A DNA stretch of 64,000 nucleotides, from assembly GCA_012295275.1 (NCBI GenBank), contig CM022679.1, positions 21,576,001-21,640,000 of the forward strand, written 5' to 3'. Both the position numbers and the translations under genes were made by a program. Shown one piece after another: positions 28,754-42,607 of this stretch (its first letter is position 1; the number at the start of each line of letters is the position of its first letter). The notes beneath the pieces are model-generated. The model was given only the letters and a program-made list of their open reading frames with translations, searched no databases and had not been told where the DNA came from. The DNA is from Chrysomallon squamiferum (lineage: Eukaryota; Animalia; Mollusca).

Positions 28754-29774
28754 TGGACTCTAAATTATGAAACACGTCACAGAGACCCAGGATATCAAAT
28801 TAAAAGAAAATGAAATTATAATAAAACATTTCAAATCGTATTCGGTTCTTGTTTGAATATGTTAACAGATAAACGTAGTAAATTTTCTCAACTGTAGTCA
28901 GTTTCCATGTCTCATCATACCATATTACCATGTAGTTTTATTAAACCAATAGAGAATGTCCATTGATTATTATGCCCCCTTTTTAAATTTAATATGTTAA
29001 TTACTTGGCTGTCAAAATTTAACAATTTCTGTTAAAAGAAGCTTGTTCTACTTATGTAATTATCAGTATATCTACACTGAGACTCACAGCATAAAAACAA
29101 CATAGAAACAAAACTTGTAATAAAACCCCCGAACCCAAACAAAAGCAATTCTAAAAGAACTGAAAATCGCTAACCACAAATGATTTTTGACTAATTTCAC
29201 TCCATTCTCACATTGGCAGTGTGACTGCCTGACAGGTAGACTGGGAAACCAAACGCTAGGAGTTCATAAAACAAGTTGCATCATCATAAAACACATATTT
29301 TAAATAATTAACATTTGTAATGAATTATGGGTAATCAAAGAAACGAACGAACATGCTTGTTATTTACATATTAAATGTTTTTAAATAAAAGCTTAATTCC
29401 GCATCTTTATTTTTCTGAGTCAAAAGTTATTATTATGTTCTTGAATTTTCAATAATTTAAAAATAATTTAATTTCGTATTACATATTTTTTTTGTTGCTT
29501 TTGTATAATGTAATTTTTGCCATGCTTGTAAAAGATGAAATATTTATTTCCCCTAGTGCTTCCTGTTATTTGTATGTAATTGTGAAATGTGTACTGGCTT
29601 CCAAGTTTCACTGTTTTAATAATTTGATTATTAACAATGTGTTTCCTCGACGCTTGTGTGTACAGACTCTCCAGGTGATAGCTCCACCCAGTCTTTTGAA
29701 GATGTTTGCAGTTTTTCTTTTATTTATTTATTTTTTTTTTCTTCTTAAATTTTATTTATTAATATATTTATTTA

Positions 29775-29828
<54 letters not shown>

Positions 29829-31233
29829 TTTTTTTTTATTTTTTTTTTTTTTTTTAAATTATTTGTTCTTTCATTTTTGTGGACTTTTTAAGTACAAAAT
29901 TTCAGCATTTTTCTCTTTGCACTTTGAGAGTTGTGAACGTATCACAGACACATGAAAACATTTGTCCACTTCGTACGTCGCTGCTGGGTGATTTTCCTTA
30001 ACAGCAACGTTGTGTTTAATAAATATTTTACTGATGCCCACATCTGTTCAAATCTTTATAACAAAATAATACAAAATCGATGACTGTGTTTTATTTTTTA
30101 CAATCGTACGTGATTTTCATTTTAAACTGCATTATGGAGCTATTTAGAAATGTTCATGCAGCATTTGTTTAGTACTTGTGGGATTTTCTTGGATATGTGC
30201 ATTTGTGTGTGTTGGTTTGTTTGTGCGTCTATCAGCGGACAGTAAGATGGAACCCACCAGAACTGAAAGCAAACCAGTCAGTTTATACGTAAATATTAAC
30301 AATGAAAGGTATACAAAACGAATCCATAACCTTCTTTCTTTTAATATTCACAATAAATAATGTTAATAATTTGAACTTATACTTCTAACAGTATAATTAA
30401 GTAGTAGTAGTAGTAATAATAATAATAATAATAATAATAATAGTACTGAATAAATATATTGGAATCGGTATCTCTTAAAAATAACCTACGTTATGCGAAA
30501 CAAACGATAACAACAGCGACAACAACGATAATTACAAAATAACAATAAAATAAAATAAAACAATAAGAACAAAATTCCCAAAACAACAACAAAATATATA
30601 CCATTCTTAAAAATGATAAAAAAAAAATAAAAAAAAACAATAAATAATATAAATGAATGAATAAAAATAATAATAGTAAAAAAAAAAATAATAATAATAA
30701 TTATAAAAAATAATAATAATGATAAAAAAAAAATAATAATAATAATGAAAAAAATATATATATAAAGTAAAATTCTTCCATTGTAGATGCTATTTGTTTA
30801 ATACAATTTACACGCAAAAAGCTCTGGATCTTTTTACGTCTAATTGGAATTCGTAAGTTGCGTCACTGAACGATCACTTTTTGTAACGATAGCTTTTCAG
30901 CAGTCGCATAAAATGACTGAAACGCTAGTGAATAATGCTTCTACTGAAAGTTGTTTTTGCTCTTAATAAAAGCCGATAATATAGATCAGTTAAAATTGTT
31001 GATAAATGACGCAATTTAGTAATTTGGTTACAAATAAAGCAATCAGTTGCTTGGATACAAAAACATACCAAAAAAAAAAAAAAAAAAAAAATTAAAATGC
31101 TTATTTTCGTAAACATTTGATTAGAATGATGATGATAATGTTGATAGTAAATATGTTGATAATGCATGTTGATAATGATTATATTGATTTAAGACAAATG
31201 TTTATTATTGTTGTTTGTTATTGAGGATATAAT

Positions 31234-31278
<45 letters not shown>

Positions 31279-31815
31279 TTGTGCAACTGCAGATTATTTT
31301 ATAATATTTTTATAAACAATGTTTTCTATTATTTTTTGATTGATTATCATTTGACCTTTCCGTTTTCTTTTTGTTTTGTTTCATTTTTTTTTTTTATTTT
31401 CTTTCTTTCTTTCTCTGTTTCTTTCTTTCTTCCTTTCTCTGTTTCTTTCTTTCTTTCTTTTTCTGTTTTGATAAACAACTGTCTCCAGAGGATAAATATT
31501 ACAGATAAAGATTAAATTGCATTTTATTTTCAACAAAGATTGTTACCGAGCCACTGATAGTTTAAATATTTATAATCTTAACAACAGATCTGGGAAAAAA
31601 ACCAACAACAACCAACAAAACGAAAAACATACGAACCCCCAAAACAAACCCCCAAAAACAACAAAAAACAACAAAACAAAAACTACAAAACAAAACAAAA
31701 ACAAAAACAAACTACTCCAACAATATATGGAACGTTTTTTTCTCTTCCTTTTTTTTTTTTTTTTTTTTTTTTTATCCTTTTATGCTGTTGCAGCAAATAA
31801 CATATTCCATTTAAG

Positions 31816-31846
<31 letters not shown>

Positions 31847-32882
31847 ACGGAAAAGAAAAACAATTAATGTATTGGATAATCAAATATACAACCAATGCAT
31901 TATACCTAAACAAATAATATATAAAATTACGTGGACTCTGAATACAAGGCTTAAATCGTAGTACTGTTCCATTCCGCGATTACTAAGTGATTGATAGGAA
32001 CCCGTTGACACATGATTTTTGCAAATGGCTGCCGATGACGGCTGTTGTGACGTAACTGAATGATGAGATGATTTTGTTGTATACAGAATAAATGAATAAA
32101 TGAATATTTGATTAAAGATGTATACATTTATTTTATAAGTACCATTTTGTTTTACTTTTGTGTGCGTTTTTTTTCTTGTTGCATTTCGATGATGTTATAA
32201 GATATTAAAGGTGTTTTTTTTTTTTATTCTATCTTTTGTTTCATTTATATCTTTGATTTGTTTCTCGATTCAGCCAGATTTATTAGTTCATTAAATGTCT
32301 TGAGCTGTTTCAGAGAAAGTGGATATTCAATGCTTTTTACTGCTAATCTGTAAACAGTAGTCATGTTTGCTCTCTCGTTATCTCTGTAACCTAAAACATA
32401 ATTATGTATGACACCATATGATTAAATAAAATATACTCGATTCTTTTTATATCCAGCTTATAACAATTACCTTTAATAGAACGTGATAGAACATTGGCAG
32501 GGTTGGGATAAAACGTATACGAAAGTAAAACAGAAGGGCATGTTTTTCCTGCCTATATTATATCTATCTATCTATCTATCTCTCTATCTCTCTGTCTATC
32601 TGTATATCTGTCTATCTATCTATCTAGCTATATATCTCAATTTACAGACACAGACGCACATATACACACACATGTAGATCACACACACATATACGTGTAT
32701 AACTATTTCTTTCTTTGTTTCGTGAAATAATTTGAAAGTTTCAGATGCAGCGATGGTTTGGAAAAATGTATGTGCATTTGTCTTCATGTGTGTGTGTACA
32801 TGGGACCACATTCATCATACGACTTTGAAAATCAAACAAATCTCACTAAAAGTGAAAGAAATGAACCCAAACACCTCACTAT

Positions 32883-32917
<35 letters not shown>

Positions 32918-33324
32918 ACATCAACAACAACAACAAGAAGAAAATAATAATAATAATAATAATATTAATAATATTGTTATTATTATTATTATTATTATTA
33001 CTAATATTTTCAATGACTTAATGATTTATTTATTTATCTTGTTTGTATTTTCAATTATTTATTTTTACTAATTCACTTATTTGCATATTTATTATTTGTC
33101 ATGCTTCATTCATACATTTGTTTATTTAATTATTTATATTTTTTCAAATATTTATTTATTTATTTATTTATTTATTATTATTATACGTCCCGAACAAACA
33201 AAATAAAGACACAAAAAACATAACCTGCTTTAAAACAATTGTATGAAAGCGATGGACATCGGTTACCGTGTCCACGAAAGTCCTTCATCATATCAAGTAC
33301 AAGGAAAGTCAAGTTTCTTCAGAA

Positions 33325-33569
33325 CGTTACAATGTAAGCATATTCTGCTTGTTACGCAATCACAGGTAACACTTATTAATGAGGACGTGCCAGAAAAGAC
33401 ATCCCTTTGTCCCAGGTAAATTGTGTACGAACATGTAGTATCCAAGTTATTACTTAATCCGAAACCCGTCAAAATAAGATTTGTTATCTGTGTCTGGGTG
33501 TCTCTATATAAGAAGTGGAAACCGTCTTCAGAAACATATTGAAGGATACCCCACAGTAGTCAACTATAG
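33325..33569 (+). promoter_or_regulatory. Proximal promoter, TATA box (TATATAA 33505-33511) and short non-coding exon 1 of Gly-rich gene copy 1
   Basis: ~210-bp block conserved in all three paralogs. TATATAA lies ~60 nt upstream of the conserved donor TATAG|GTGAGT; TTACGCAA at 33352-33359. Confidence 0.75.
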
Positions 33570-33603
33570 GTGAGTGTGTTGTACACAAACATATTTTATT
33601 TTC

Positions 33604-33708
<105 letters not shown>

Positions 33709-34809
33709 ACGATTTTCGAAAAGAATACAATTATGTATACAGACACACACACATACATATTCTACATATACATTGCATATTACATACATTATATATTGGT
33801 AAATAAAATAACTATTCATGGACCGCAATTTAATTAATTCTTATATAACATAATTATCTAATAATAATAATAATAATAATTGTGATGGTGATTATGAAGA
33901 TGATGATGATAATAATAATGATAATGATAAGGATAAATAATAATAATTTTATCGATGATGATGATGATAATAATTATAAACACAATATCTGATATTACTT
34001 TGACAGAAATTTTAATGCATTCATAGTTCTTCTTAATATGTTTTGTTTATTATTTATCGCATACTGGAATTTGCTAATACATATAAAACAATAAATATAT
34101 ACATTAGTGTATTTAATTGTATACTGTAAACAATTCAGTATTTTTATTTGTTGCAAATATTCATTCACTTATTCTCAATAACAAATAAATAAATTAATAA
34201 CAAATGAACGAATAAGCAAAAAGATAAAAAGAGAAGAAAAAAAATAAAAATAATAGTAAATAAATATGTAAATATACGAAAACAATAAAACTAAATAATT
34301 GTACAATTATAAAAAAAAAAATAAAAAAAAAATATATAAAAACAATAAAATAAAATAATCTTAACAAATAAACATATAATTAAATAAACATCAACTGTCT
34401 TTATGCCCAAGCGGAATCGTGGTCCGAATGGGTGCCATTCGTTCGAATCTCAACAGCGGTTTCTGACGTTTGTGAAGTCGTGACTTCACTCCGTCCTCCT
34501 GTGCCAGAATATTGCTTAGACTAAACAGATGTACATAACACAGAGAATATTCATTCCAAAATTTATACTTCCGTAGCTTTCTTATATATATGTATATTTC
34601 ATATAAATAAATAAATAAACTAATAATGATAATAACGACGACGATTATGAGTATAATAAAAATAATAATAACAATAATAATAATTATTATTATGATGATG
34701 ATCATCATCATCATCATTATTTCTATTATTACTAACATCCTCATCCTAATCTTCATCATCATCATCATCATCATCATTATCATTAGTGTTATTATTTCAG
34801 GACTTCATT

Positions 34810-36959
34810 ATGCATAACGTGATTGTCGTTGCTGTGTTCGCCGTGATGGTGGCCGTAGAAGCTGCCGTGTCACCACCTAGCTCTGGTTTTGTGCCAAGGT
34901 TTGTCGCTAAACCGATGATGGGAGGTTTTAGAGGCGGAATTATGAAAGGACCAAGAATAATGCCCGCCATCGGCATGCCCACAATGCCTATCATGCCTAC
35001 TATGCCTATCGTCCGACCAGCCATTGGTATACCAACAATGCCTATCATGCCCACGATGCCTATCATGCCCACTATGCCTATCGGTGGGCCCATTATTCGT
35101 GTGCCTTCTGTTCCGATGATCGGAGCTGGCTTTGGGGGTGGTATAATTGGTGGAGGTATAGGAATGGGTTTACCTGGGATTGGTGGGGTTGGTCTCGGTG
35201 GGGTTGGCGTTGGTGGGGTTGGTCTTGGAGGTGTTGGTATCGGTGGGTTAGGTTTGGGTACTGTTGGTATTGGTGGGGTTGGCGTCGGTGGGGTTGGTGT
35301 GGGAGGTGTTGGTATCGGTGGGTTAGGTTTGGGTGGTGTTGGCCTTGGGGGGCTCGGTGTACCTGGCTACGGTCAACCCATTATAGGTTTACCTCCAGTA
35401 GGTTTTCCTGCTGTTGGTGGGTTTGGAGTTGGAGGGTTAGGAGTTGGAGGAATGGGAGTTGGAGGAATGGGAGTTGGAGGGATGGGAGTTGGAGGAATGG
35501 GAGTTGGAGGGTTGGGAGTTGGAGGGATGGGAGTTGGAGGGATGGGAGTTGGAGGAATGGGAGTTGGAGGGTTGGGAGTTGGAGGGTTAGGAGTTGGAGG
35601 AATGGGAGTTGGAGGAATGGGAGTTGGAGGGCTAGGAGTTGGAGGAATGGGAGTTGGAGGAATGGGAGTTGGAGGGTTAGGAGTTGGAGGAATGGGAGTT
35701 GGAGGAATGGGAGTTGGAGGGATGGGAGTTGGAGGGATGGGAGTTGGAGGGATGGGTGTTGGTGGGATGGGTGTCGGTGGTGTTGGTGGTATAGTTCCAA
35801 TGGGAGGAGTCATTGGCGGGGCTGGCATTTGGGGAGGCGGGATTGGCATGCCTGTCAGTTACGCTCCTACGTATGGAGTACCTGCTGTCGGAGGGGTACC
35901 TGCTGTTGCCGTTGCTGGAAAGGGATTCGGTCCGGTAGGCGTTGCAGGACCTGTTACTGGTGGAGTCGTTACTGGTGGAGTCCTTCCTGTTGGAAAAGGA
36001 ATCGGTGGGATAGGCATTGGAGGGCCTGGCCCAGGCGCGATTGTTGTAGGTGGAAACCTGTACGGCAATGTAGGATTTGGCGGTGCTGGAATTGGCGGTG
36101 CTGGGTTCAGTGGTGCTGGGTTCTCTGGTGCTGGATTCTCTGGTGCTGGATTCTCTGGTGCTGGATTCTCTGGTGCTGGATTCTCTGGTGCTGGATACTC
36201 TGGTCCTGGATTCTCTGGTCCTGGTTATGCAGGATTTGGTGTTGGTCTTCCTGGCTATGCTAGCGTTGGAGTCGGTGTTCCTGGATATGGTAGTGTTGGA
36301 GTCGGTGTTCCTGGATATGGTGGTGTTGGAGTTGGCGGCGTTGGAGTTGGCGGCGTTGGAGTTGGCGGCGTTGGAGTTGGCGGTGTTCCTGGATATGGTA
36401 GTGTTGGAGTCGGTGTTCCTGGATATGGCGGTGTTGGAATTGGCGGCGTTGGAGTTGGCGGCGTTGGAGTTGGTGGCGTTGGAGTTGGCGGCGTTGGAGT
36501 TGGTGGTGTTCCTCTCACTACTGGTGTAGCCGTTAATACAATTTTGCCAGGCAAACAGGTCTGGGGTCGCAAAAACGCGTTATACAATCTTGGCAGTTAT
36601 GGTCTCGGAACCCGAGGTGGTTATATTGGTAAATACAAAATTAAAAAATAATTTAACTTTACATGATACTTTTAGATCTTTACTGACATTTTTACGAAAC
36701 ACACATAGCTAGACATACACAACCAAACACCAACACACACCCACAGACACAACACACACACAGAGAAATAGAAACAAAATTACATAGTCTAACCATTAGA
36801 AAAATTATCTCTCTGAACATTACGTCTAATTTGTTTATTTTTAATTTTTTTTTTTTCAGGTTTCAATTGTTTTTAATGTATGAACATACAAATAATTTAA
36901 CAGAAAATAATCAAAAGAAATATTAAAATATGATTTTCAATTTTTTATTTTTAGGCTAA
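34810..36959 (+). CDS. Secreted Gly/Met/Val-rich repetitive structural protein, copy 1 (607 aa if spliced: 34810-36628 + 36955-36959)
   Basis: ATG 34810 follows the acceptor at 34800. Signal-peptide-like [18 protein letters not shown]; blocks of [10 protein letters not shown][V/L/I], GG[M/L]GV, GAGFS and GVGVPGYG. Donor ATTG|GTAAAT at 36628/36629 and conserved acceptor TTTTAG|GCTAA give ...GGYIG-stop. The unspliced read-through ORF ends at 36651. Confidence 0.88.
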
Positions 36960-37359
36960 AAATCGGATCTACATGAAGGAGTTTTTCGACGACTTCCTGG
37001 TGCCTTTTCACACTTGTTGCTGTGGAAATGTTCTGGGAAAATGTTCTGCAACAACAAATGGAAAACACTGCAGACAAATCATATTTAATTGTTTATTTTT
37101 AAACCATGAAAGATTCTGTTAATTTATTTTATATGAAAATGATAAATAGATATATTTACAGAAAATAAAAATTGTTGTGTTATTTCTTGTCTTTATCCTT
37201 CATTCATAATTTCTGATGACTGTTGTAACTTTCTGAAAAAATCAGGAATGTGAAACTTGTTTTTATAACAGGATGCGTAATTTTATTACACAGGTTTTAG
37301 AGATTTCAAACTGTCACATTTTATGAAGATTATGATGGAATGACGATCTCAGTTTGTCA

Positions 37360-40300
37360 AACATGTGAAAATTAATACATATTTTTTAATTTTCTGAAAT
37401 TGTCAGGATGCGCGAAAATTAATACATATTTATTTAATTTTCACAAAACTGTCAGGATGTGCGAAAATTAATATATATTTGTTAATTTTCTGAAATTGTC
37501 AGGATGCGCAAAAATTAATACATATTTGATAATTTTCTCAAACTGTCACGGTGCGTGAATTTTTAATATATATTTTTTAATTTTTTGAAACTGTCAAGAT
37601 GTGGGAAAATTAATACATATTTATTGATTTTCTCAAACTGTCACGGTGCACGAATATTAATAAGTACTTTATAATTTTCTGAAACTGCCAGGATGCACGA
37701 AAATGAATACATATTTCTTAATATTCTGAAACTGTCAGAATGCGTGAAAATGAATACATATTTGTTAATTTTCTGAAACTGTCACGATGCATGAAAATGA
37801 ATACATATTTGTTAATTTTCTGAAACTGTCAGGATGCGTAAAAATGAATACATATTTTTTAATTTTCTGAAACTTTCAGTACGCACGAAAATTAATACAT
37901 ATTTTATAATTTTATAAAACTGTCAGCGTGCGCGAAAATTAATACATATTTGTTAATTTGCTGAAACTGTCACAGTGAGCGATTACAAATACATATCTTT
38001 TAATTTTCGAAAACTGTCAGGATGCGCGAAAATTAATACCTATTTTTTAATTTCTCAAATTGTCACTGCGCGAACACTAATACATATTTATTAATTTTCT
38101 GAAACTCTCAGGTTGTGCGAAAATTAATACATATTTTTAATTCTCCCAAATTGTCACTATGCGCGAACATTACTACATATTGATTAATTTTCTGAAAATG
38201 TCAATATGCGCGAAAATTAATATATATATTTTAATTTTCTGAAACTGTCAGGATGCGCAAAATTAATACATAGTTTTTAATTTTCTCAAACTGATACTGT
38301 ACGCAAAAATCAATACATATCTGTTAATTTTCTCAAACTGCCAGGATGCGTGAAAATGAATACATATTTTTTAATTTCTGAAACTGTCAGGATGCGCGAA
38401 AATTAATATATATTTTTCAATTTTCTCAAATTGTCACTCTGCGCGAACATTAATACATATTGGTTAATCTTCTGAAATTGTCACGGTGCGCGAATATTAA
38501 TTAATTTTTTAATTTTCGAAAACTGTCACCGTGCGCGAAAATTAATACATATTTGTTAATTTTCTCAAATTGTCACTGTGCGCGAATATTAATACGTATT
38601 TCTTAATTTTCTCAAATTGTCACTGTGCGCGAAAACTAATACATATTTGTTAATCATGTGAAAATGTCAGAATGTGGGATAATTAATACGTATATTTTAA
38701 TTCTTGAAACTGTCAGGATGCGCGAAAATTAACAAATATTTTTGAATTTTCTGAAACTGTCAGAATGTGGGATAATTAATACATATTTTTTAATTTTCGA
38801 AAATATCAGGATGCACGATAATTTTACATATTTTTAAATTTTCTCAAACTGTCAGGATGCGCGAAAATTAATACATATTGATTAATTTTCTGAAACTGTA
38901 ACGAATGCGGGAAAATGAATACATATTTTTTAATTTCTGAAACTGTCAGGATGTGCGAAAATTAATACATATTTTTTAATTTTCGAAAACTGTCACTGTG
39001 CGCGAAAATTAATACATATTTCTTAATTTTCTGAAACTGTCACGGTGCGCGAAAGTTGATACATATTTCTTAATTTTCTGAAATTGTCACTGTGCGCGAA
39101 TATTAATACATATTTTTTAATTTTTGAAACTGTCAGGATGTGCAAAAATTAATACATATTTGTTAATTTTCTGAAATTGTCACTGTGCGCGAATATTAAT
39201 ACATAGTTTTTAATTTTTGAAACTGTCAGGATGTGCGAAAATTAATACATATTTGTTAATTTTCGAAAACTGGCACTGTCAGCGAAAATTAATACATATT
39301 TTTTAATTTTCTCAAACTGTGACGGTTCGCGAAAGTTGATAATATTTGTTAATTCTTTCAAATTGTTACTGTGCGCGAATATTAATACATATTTTATAAT
39401 TTTTGAAACTGCCAGAATGCGCGAAAATTAATACATATTTGTTAATTTTCTGAAACTGTCACGGTGGACGAATATTAATTAATATTTTTAAATTTTTGTT
39501 AAAAAACTGCCATTATTAATACAATGCGCGAAAATTAATACATATTTTTTAATTTTCTCAAACTGTCAGTGTGTATGAAAATTAATACATATTTGTTAAT
39601 TTTGTGAAACTGTCACGGTGGACGAATATTAATACATATTTTTAAATTTTCTCTGTCAGTGTGTGCGAAACTTAATACATATTTGTTAATTTTCCGAAAC
39701 TGTCACGTTGGGGGATTATTAATACATATTTGTTAATTCTCGAAATCTGTCACTGTGCGCGAAAATTAATACATATTTGTTAATTTTCGAAAACTGGCAC
39801 TGTGAGGAAAATTAATACATATATTTTAATTTTCTCAAACTGTGACGGTGCTCAAAAGTTGATACATATTTGTTAATTTTCGTAAACTGTGACGGTGCGC
39901 GAAAGTTGATACATATTTGTTAATTTTCTCAAATTGTCACTGTGCGCGAATATTAATACATATTTTTTAATTTTCTGTCAGTATGCGTGAATATTAATAC
40001 ATATTTGTTATTGTGTCTGTGTGCGAAAAATAATACATATTTTGTTAATTTTCATATTTTTAATTTTCTGAAACTGTCAGGATAATTAATACATATTTTT
40101 TTTTTTTGAAACTTTTAGGAATTTTACATTTTTTAAACTGTCAAAATTAATAGATATGCGTGAATATTAATACATATTTGTTAATTTTCTGAAACTGTCA
40201 GGATGCGTGAAAATTATTATATATTTTTTAATTTTTGAAACTGTCAAGATGTGCGAAAATTAATCCATATTTTTTAATTTTCTGAAACTGTCAGGATGAG

Positions 40301-40500
40301 TAAAAATTAATACATATTTAAAAATTTTCCCAAATTGTGAAAATTTAAAACATATATTTTAATTTTCTGAAAGTGTCATTATGGGTGAAAATTATTACCT
40401 TTTATTTGATTTTCTGGAATCGTTAGAACCCGTGAAAATTAATACATATTTTTTGATTTTCTCATACAGAAGGATACGTGAAAATTATCACATACTTTTT
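37360..40500. repeat. ~3.1-kb satellite array, 47-bp monomer (AATTTTCTGAAACTGTCAGGATGCGCGAAAATTAATACATATTTGTT), about 65 copies
   Basis: Period measured, e.g. 37741 to 37788; head-to-tail diverged monomers without unique spacers. Confidence 0.95.
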
Positions 40501-41476
40501 AATCTTCTGAAACTATCATTGTGATTGTTATGTTGTAAAAATCTGAAACTGTGAGGATACGTTAAGGTTTTAATGTAAAGATCTGAAGTCTGATACGCAC
40601 TTATGATTGTAAAGATATCAAAAGGGGAGGAAACCTGAAAATTATTACTTATAACGTACAAAATATCTTATAACTGTTAGGGTACTGGGGTGGGGGAAAC
40701 AACGACAACAACAACAACCAAAAACAAAATAATAATAATAATAATAAAATGAAAAATAAATAAATATATAAAACAACTACTATATTAGATATTCAAATAT
40801 ACAGCCAATGCATTATACCTAAACAAATAATATATAAAATTACGTGGACTCTGAATACAAGGCTTAAATCGTAGTACTGTTCCATTCCGCGATTACTAAG
40901 TGATTGATGGGAAGCCGTTGGACAGATGACTTTTGCAAATGGCTGCCGATGACGGCTGTTGTGACGTAACTGAGTGATGAGATGATTTTGTTGTCTACAG
41001 AATAAAGGAATGAATGAATATTTGATTAAAGATGCAAAATTTATTTTTAAAGTACAGTTTTGTTTTTCTTTTGTGTGCTTTTTATCCTAATTGGATGATT
41101 TTAAAAGATATTAAAGGTGTTTTCTTTCTATTCTTAGTTTCCTTTATATCTTTGATTGTTTCTTGATTCAGCCAGGTTCCTACGTTTCGCTTATTAAAGG
41201 CCTTGATATGTGTTTTCCTGTCTCAGGCCAGGTACATACGCAATATTTCTTACTGCTAATCTATAAAGAGTAGTCAAAGGTGTAGCAGCAGCTCTCCCAG
41301 TATACCTATATCCTAAAACATAATTATGTATGACGCCATATGATTAAATAAAATATACTTGAATCTTTTTATGTCCAGTTTATAACAGTTTATAAAGGGT
41401 CATAGAGTATTGACAAGTATGGGGGCAAATGCATACTAAAGTAAAACAAAAAGGCTAGTTTTTCCTGCCTGTATTA

Positions 41477-41552
<76 letters not shown>

Positions 41553-42091
41553 GATCTATCTATCTAAACACACACATATACATACACAGACACACAGACA
41601 CACAGACACACACACACACATGGACACACAAACGTCAAGAATGTGTATATATCTGATCGTGTAATAAAAAAAATTTAGGGTGATGCATTAATAACGTCTT
41701 ATTTTAAAATTAACCTGTCACTGGAAATCAAATACTGGTTTTTCTACACTGAAAACACGCGAGAGAAAACGCTCTGCGTCCACAACAAGGACTTTCTTTC
41801 TTTGCCTCGTGAAATAATTTGAAAAATTTAGTGTCAGATGCAGCGATGGTTTGGAAATAATTATGTCCGTGTGCTTTGATATGTGTGTGGGACCATAGTC
41901 ATCATAGGTTACGCACAAGTCACTAAAAGTGAAAGGAATTACCCTACCACCCCACATGTTATTATATAATATTATTATTATTATTATTATTACAATAGCC
42001 TCCTCAGCAACAACAAAACAGCAACAACAAGAATAAAACGATAAACATATGTTTTAAAACAATGGACATGAAAGTCAAGTACAAGCAAAGA

Positions 42092-42340
42092 CGTTACAAT
42101 GTAAGCATATTCTGCTTGTTACGCAATCACAGGTAACACTTATTAATGAGGACGTGCCAGCAAAGACATCCCTTTGTCCCAGGTAAATTGTGTACGAACA
42201 TGTAGTATCCAAGTTATTACTTAATCCGAAACCCGTCAAAATAAGATTTGTTATCTGTGTCTGGGTGTCTCTATATAAGAAGTAGAAACCGTCTTCAGAA
42301 ACAAACTGAAAGATATCCATCCCACTGTGGTCAGCTATAG
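42092..42340 (+). promoter_or_regulatory. Proximal promoter, TATA box (42272-42278) and non-coding exon 1 of copy 2
   Basis: Homologous to 33325-33569; donor TATAG|GTGAGT at 42340/42341. Confidence 0.75.
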
Positions 42341-42399
42341 GTGAGTGTGTTTTAATCAAAATATTTTATTTCTGTTAATGTTTAAAATATGTTTTAACG

Positions 42400-42607
<208 letters not shown>

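Noticed and set aside
34420-34460. tRNA gene
   Set aside because: A- and B-box-like motifs are only ~10 nt apart; no cloverleaf can be built.
34786-34809. ORF-track start MLLFQDFI for copy 1
   Set aside because: GTG start lies in the intron upstream of the acceptor at 34800; the paralogs support ATG 34810.
35829-36529. Alternative-frame Cys/Trp-rich (CWILW)n and (LVLDS)n ORFs inside copy 1
   Set aside because: Frame-shifted readings of the GAGFS/GVGG repeats.
37360-40500. CRISPR-like regular array
   Set aside because: Head-to-tail monomers without unique spacers, no cas genes, eukaryotic context: a satellite.
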